A DNA stretch of 64,000 nucleotides from an uncultured virus (IMG/VR IMGVR_UViG_3300000313_000091) (lineage: Duplodnaviria; Heunggongvirae; Uroviricota; Caudoviricetes), in IMG/VR virus record IMGVR_UViG_3300000313_000091. One strand, written 5' to 3'. Below are positions 60,415-64,000 of this stretch, piece after piece. Positions within the stretch are counted from its first letter, which is position 1; the number at the start of each line of letters is the position of its first letter. The notes beneath the pieces were generated by a model. That model was not told where the DNA came from, searched no databases, and saw only the letters and a program-made list of their open reading frames with translations. The position numbers and the translations under genes are program-made.

Positions 60415-61152
60415 ATGAATGAAATAACCGAAAGATTTTTTAATGTGATAGATCAAATGGGGTTAAAACCTTATACGGTATCTAAAGATATATCATTTAT
60501 TTCTCAGCAAAAAATGACAAATGCCAAAAAAGCTAGAAATGGTGTAAGCGTAGACATGATAAGTGCATTGTGCTCATATTATGAAAATATCAATGCAGAA
60601 TATATTATTACAGGAAAGGGTTCTCCATTAAAAGATAATTCGCCTATTCCTTTGTCTGAAGGACAGACAATAGAAACAATAGATGATTATAAAGAAGCCG
60701 TAAATAGGGGTGTGGATTTGATTCCAGAAGTGAATTTCAAATTTGCGGCTGGTCAAACGGCATTGGTCAATGGGGTAGAAAATGTAACAAGGTATTGGTA
60801 TTTGCCAGACTGCAAGGATTGTGAAGGAGTAGCTCAAGTAGTAGGAAATTCTATGTCTCCAGTTCTTCCTTCCGGATGTTGGGTAGCTTTAAAGAAGGTT
60901 ACTATTCCAAGCAATCCATTGCAAATTCCTTTTGGAAGTATATTTGGCATTGTGGTTGAAGATTCTGAAACAGAAGAATATCGCGGGCATATAAAGGTAT
61001 TGAGGAGATATAAGGATCCTGCAAAGGAAGGGAAGTATTGGATAGCTCATTCTATTAACGAAAAAGACTTTGATGATTTTGATATTGAGATATCTCAAGT
61101 GAGAAGTCTATGGATTGTGAAACAACATGTTGTAAGCGATATATTATTATGA
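60415..61152 (+). CDS. CI-like repressor (HTH plus S24 peptidase)
   Basis: N-terminal HTH, EYIITGKG linker, FAAG cleavage site, VGNSMSP, HIK. Confidence 0.85.
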   Translation: MNEITERFFNVIDQMGLKPYTVSKDISFISQQKMTNAKKARNGVSVDMISALCSYYENINAEYIITGKGSPLKDNSPIPLSEGQTIETIDDYKEAVNRGVDLIPEVNFKFAAGQTALVNGVENVTRYWYLPDCKDCEGVAQVVGNSMSPVLPSGCWVALKKVTIPSNPLQIPFGSIFGIVVEDSETEEYRGHIKVLRRYKDPAKEGKYWIAHSINEKDFDDFDIEISQVRSLWIVKQHVVSDILL

Positions 61153-61580
61153 ATATTTTAAATATTTTTTCTAGAGGGAGAAATTGGTTTGGATCTATTA
61201 TTTTGTTTTTAATTCCCTTGTTTATGTTTTCATGTAAGGGAGATGATGATGTATTATCCTCATTGGTGGGAAGAACTTATTCTGCAGTAATACATTCTTC
61301 AACGAATTTAGGGGAAACAATAAGCATTTGCAAAGTTTGGACATTTGAGTCTGATAGTACTTTTGAGGAAACAACAAAAAAAATTAGTGCAGATAGTGTT
61401 ATAGTAAGCAATCCGATAAATGGCACATACAAATTGAGCTATCCTAAGTTGGAAGTATCTATCAATTATGGCACTTCCAAGCGAATATATGATTGCAACT
61501 TCTCAGGTGTAAATACTATTATTGGAAGCTATTATGATAGTTCTAATAATGAGGTGACTTATGACTTTTATAAGAAATGA
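61149..61580 (+). CDS. Lipoprotein in the cI operon
   Basis: FMFSCKGDDD lipobox with acidic tract; start revised. Confidence 0.65.
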   Translation: MNILNIFSRGRNWFGSIILFLIPLFMFSCKGDDDVLSSLVGRTYSAVIHSSTNLGETISICKVWTFESDSTFEETTKKISADSVIVSNPINGTYKLSYPKLEVSINYGTSKRIYDCNFSGVNTIIGSYYDSSNNEVTYDFYKK

Positions 61581-61595
61581 AATATCTGAAATATT

Positions 61596-62141
61596 ATGAA
61601 GAAAATATTAATTATATCATTGTTGAGTCTAATATCAATAGGATGTTACTCTTTTAATACGAGTAATTGTAATATGAGAGATTCTTCTTACACTGAAGTT
61701 AGAGGAGAATTTTGGAATTTTTATTTTGGAACGTCAAAAGAAATTGTTGAAACATCATTAAAAAATAACAGCATAAATTGTTATATAGATAACTTGGGTA
61801 CATTATCTACAGATCAGCTTATGTTTGGTGGATATGGGTTTTCATATTCGTCTTTTTATTTTGTAAATAATAAATTTTTCGAGGTAATATTTGTAGCTAG
61901 ATTTGTAAATAAGAATGATGCTATTTCTAGATATAATGAGATCTTATCTTCCTTGAAAAATAGTTATGGAAATCCTTCAAAAAAGTATAATGTTGGATGT
62001 TCATTTTGGGGAAAAGAAAATACTTGCTCAATAGAGTCTGAAAAGTTAGAAGCTAATGATGGAAATCTTTACTACTATGTAAGGCTTTCTTATTGGAATG
62101 AAAGTTTGTATAACGAATACAATAAAGAAAATAAATTATAA
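61596..62141 (+). CDS. Secreted/envelope protein in the cI operon
   Basis: MKKILIISLLSLISIG signal peptide. Confidence 0.6.
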   Translation: MKKILIISLLSLISIGCYSFNTSNCNMRDSSYTEVRGEFWNFYFGTSKEIVETSLKNNSINCYIDNLGTLSTDQLMFGGYGFSYSSFYFVNNKFFEVIFVARFVNKNDAISRYNEILSSLKNSYGNPSKKYNVGCSFWGKENTCSIESEKLEANDGNLYYYVRLSYWNESLYNEYNKENKL

Positions 62142-62166
62142 GAAATACGTATATAGAAAAGACAGA

Positions 62167-62376
62167 ATGATTATGAGAAGGTTTGATCTAGTTTATAAGA
62201 TATTTAAAATGTTGTGCATGTTATTTGCAATAGTCGCATTGTTTTTATTGGCTGCTGATTTTCGATATGATTTTAACTATCAATCAAGTGGATTCACCTA
62301 TGACAAATGGACTGGAAAATGTTTTTGTTGGTATGAAGGGAAGAAACACTATATAATAAAGGGCAGCCAAATGTGA
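62167..62376 (+). CDS. Small membrane protein
   Basis: One TM and DKWTG motif; start revised. Confidence 0.5.
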   Translation: MIMRRFDLVYKIFKMLCMLFAIVALFLLAADFRYDFNYQSSGFTYDKWTGKCFCWYEGKKHYIIKGSQM

Positions 62377-62463
62377 TCTTAAGGAAGAGCGTACGGCGAA
62401 GCTGAGTTTCTGCAAATATAAATAAAGAGAGAATATTAAACAAATTATATGATAATGAATGTA

Positions 62464-62482
62464 TGGGTAAATTCTGGGTAAA
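62464..62482 (+). repeat. Candidate integrase arm-type sites (right)
   Basis: TGGGTAAA twice with 11-bp period, ~57 bp before attR. Confidence 0.55.
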
Positions 62483-62538
62483 CAATATGTAACGTGTTGT
62501 ATACTGCTAGTAATCAATAGTTTATAAAACAATAAATG

Positions 62539-62652
62539 AGCTTCCCAAGCTGAGGGTCGAGGGTCCGAGTCCCTTTTGCCGCTCGCATTGATTATTAGGC
62601 AGTTACATTGATTGTGGCTGCCTTTTTTACTTCAAAAAAAGCTTGTAATGTT
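62539..62652 (+). repeat. attR direct repeat
   Basis: tRNA-Gly 3' half plus terminator, near-identical to 250-363. Confidence 0.93.
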
Positions 62653-62704
62653 GTATTATTTACAGTGAGAGAAGATGGAGCAGAAATAACATTATTAAGA
62701 TTAG

Positions 62705-63004
62705 ATGAAACTCATTATGGCAACAAAAAATAAATTATCGGTTCCCTTTATGGCTATTCATCCTGGTAGTATACTAAAGGAAGAGTTAAGAGAGAGAGGA
62801 ATCAAACAAAAAGATTTCGCTCAACTGATTGGTATGCGAGAGACACATCTGAGTACTTTAATAAAAGGTAGAAGAAACATTTCGGCTGAAGTGGCTGATA
62901 AGTTAGAAACGTACTTAGGTATCTCGTCTGTATCTTGGTTAAATTTGCAAACTCAATATGACTATGATTGCAGTATGATTGAGGAGAGAGTGATAGAGAC
63001 GTAG
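62705..63004 (+). CDS. higA: Truncated HigA (HTH only), relic copy outside the prophage
   Basis: Near-identical to the first ~95 aa of 2012-3118, preceded only by the 3' end of higB. Confidence 0.75.
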   Translation: MKLIMATKNKLSVPFMAIHPGSILKEELRERGIKQKDFAQLIGMRETHLSTLIKGRRNISAEVADKLETYLGISSVSWLNLQTQYDYDCSMIEERVIET

Positions 63005-63534
63005 TTGTTATTGTTGCTATTTCATCTCAGCCTGATTCTCAGTGTAGAATAATTCTAAGACTTGATGCTGGCATTCAGTTAAAAATGATTTGTTGATCAA
63101 TTAATTTATTGCACATTTTTAAGAGTACTCTTTTTGCATATCAATTTAGCGAGTTGATTGATTATTTTTTTTGCTCTTGCATAGGATGCATATCTTTAGT
63201 GCGTACGAAAGATGCAAATGGAAAAGAAAGATAAGAGATATATCTGATCTAAAAAATAAGAATATAATAAATAGACAACAAGATAACTTACTTACATCAT
63301 AAGCATTAATTTTTGCTCGTAGGCGCTTTCTAACCTTAGCGCTTGCGAGCTTTTTCTGTGCCTTACTCAATTGACCGTTTTTTATTTCTGATCACTGATC
63401 TTTAATGAAGATGAAGAATCACTCTCCTAATGTATCTTTGTTTACAAAAAAAATAGATATTCAGATATTTCAAGTTTCAGAGCTGCAACTTGAATTTTGC
63501 ACTATTCTATACAAATAATTATGCCTACTCCTTA

Positions 63535-64000
63535 CTAGTCTTTATGTTTCTTAGGCTGTTTGTTTAATCGATAGATCACATGAAACAAGAAATATCTTGG
63601 AAGTACATTGTAGTAGGTTTCCACTCGTCCTTGCGCATTGATGGTGCGTTGCACATTGGAGAGGTTACTTAAAATGTCAAATCCGTCAAGTACAAAGATC
63701 AAGTTGCCATGCATAGCTCGTTGTGAAAGACGAGCATTCCATATCAACTCATTGGTGTTCATGTTGTGATCCTCATAGCCGCGTCGTCCGTACTCCGTTA
63801 AATCCATGTTGAGTTGCATATTCCAAGGAAATTCAACCTGCCCTGAAAAACCATAATTGAAATCTGCCGCATTGATCGTATTGAAATCTTCACGTGCGCT
63901 TTCGGAATGCGTCCATTTGCAACGACTAATAACATTTAAAGATAGCTTGTCTCTATGAAATCTGCATTCCAAGGATTGAGTGAGGTAAAGCGACTGTACA
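63535..64000 (-). CDS. Host outer-membrane beta-barrel protein, C-terminal part (partial)
   Basis: ELIWNARLS..GFDILSNLSNVQRTINA..PRYFLFHVIYRLN C-terminus. Confidence 0.7.
   Translation of the reverse strand, partial: VQSLYLTQSLECRFHRDKLSLNVISRCKWTHSESAREDFNTINAADFNYGFSGQVEFPWNMQLNMDLTEYGRRGYEDHNMNTNELIWNARLSQRAMHGNLIFVLDGFDILSNLSNVQRTINAQGRVETYYNVLPRYFLFHVIYRLNKQPKKHKD

Noticed and set aside
63146..63370. 74-aa minus-strand ORF beyond attR
   Set aside because: No recognisable motifs or supporting context

Overview
Almost the whole window (about 250-62583) is one ~62.3 kb temperate Bacteroidales-type prophage. It is integrated into the anticodon arm of a tRNA-Gly(CCC), with attL at ~250 and attR at ~62539. 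Left to right it carries: tyrosine integrase; HigB/HigA(+metallopeptidase) module; TerS-like gene; virion ejection/internal proteins including a 3476-aa polyvalent protein; portal; an opposite-strand operon of terminase large subunit, rhomboid protease and a 143-aa gene; scaffold and major capsid protein; adaptor; tail fibre; lysis cassette; a 6.7-kb putative defence island (nuclease, Lit-like peptidase, STAND ATPase); three paralogous ring/adaptor genes; a UDG-like moron; a broken nozzle-like gene; a leftward early recombination/replication operon; and a split cI/cro switch. Beyond attR lie a deleted relic of a related element (orphan higA HTH) and the end of a host outer-membrane protein gene. 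The leading candidate for a new system is a phage rhomboid intramembrane protease coupled to terL, in a phage whose major capsid protein starts with a membrane-anchor-like segment and which has no recognisable prohead protease. Also notable are two non-canonical tRNA-like RNAs, a CI-controlled structured leader with small peptides, and a fixed-spacing late-promoter motif. All protein calls come from motif recognition by eye, not database searches.
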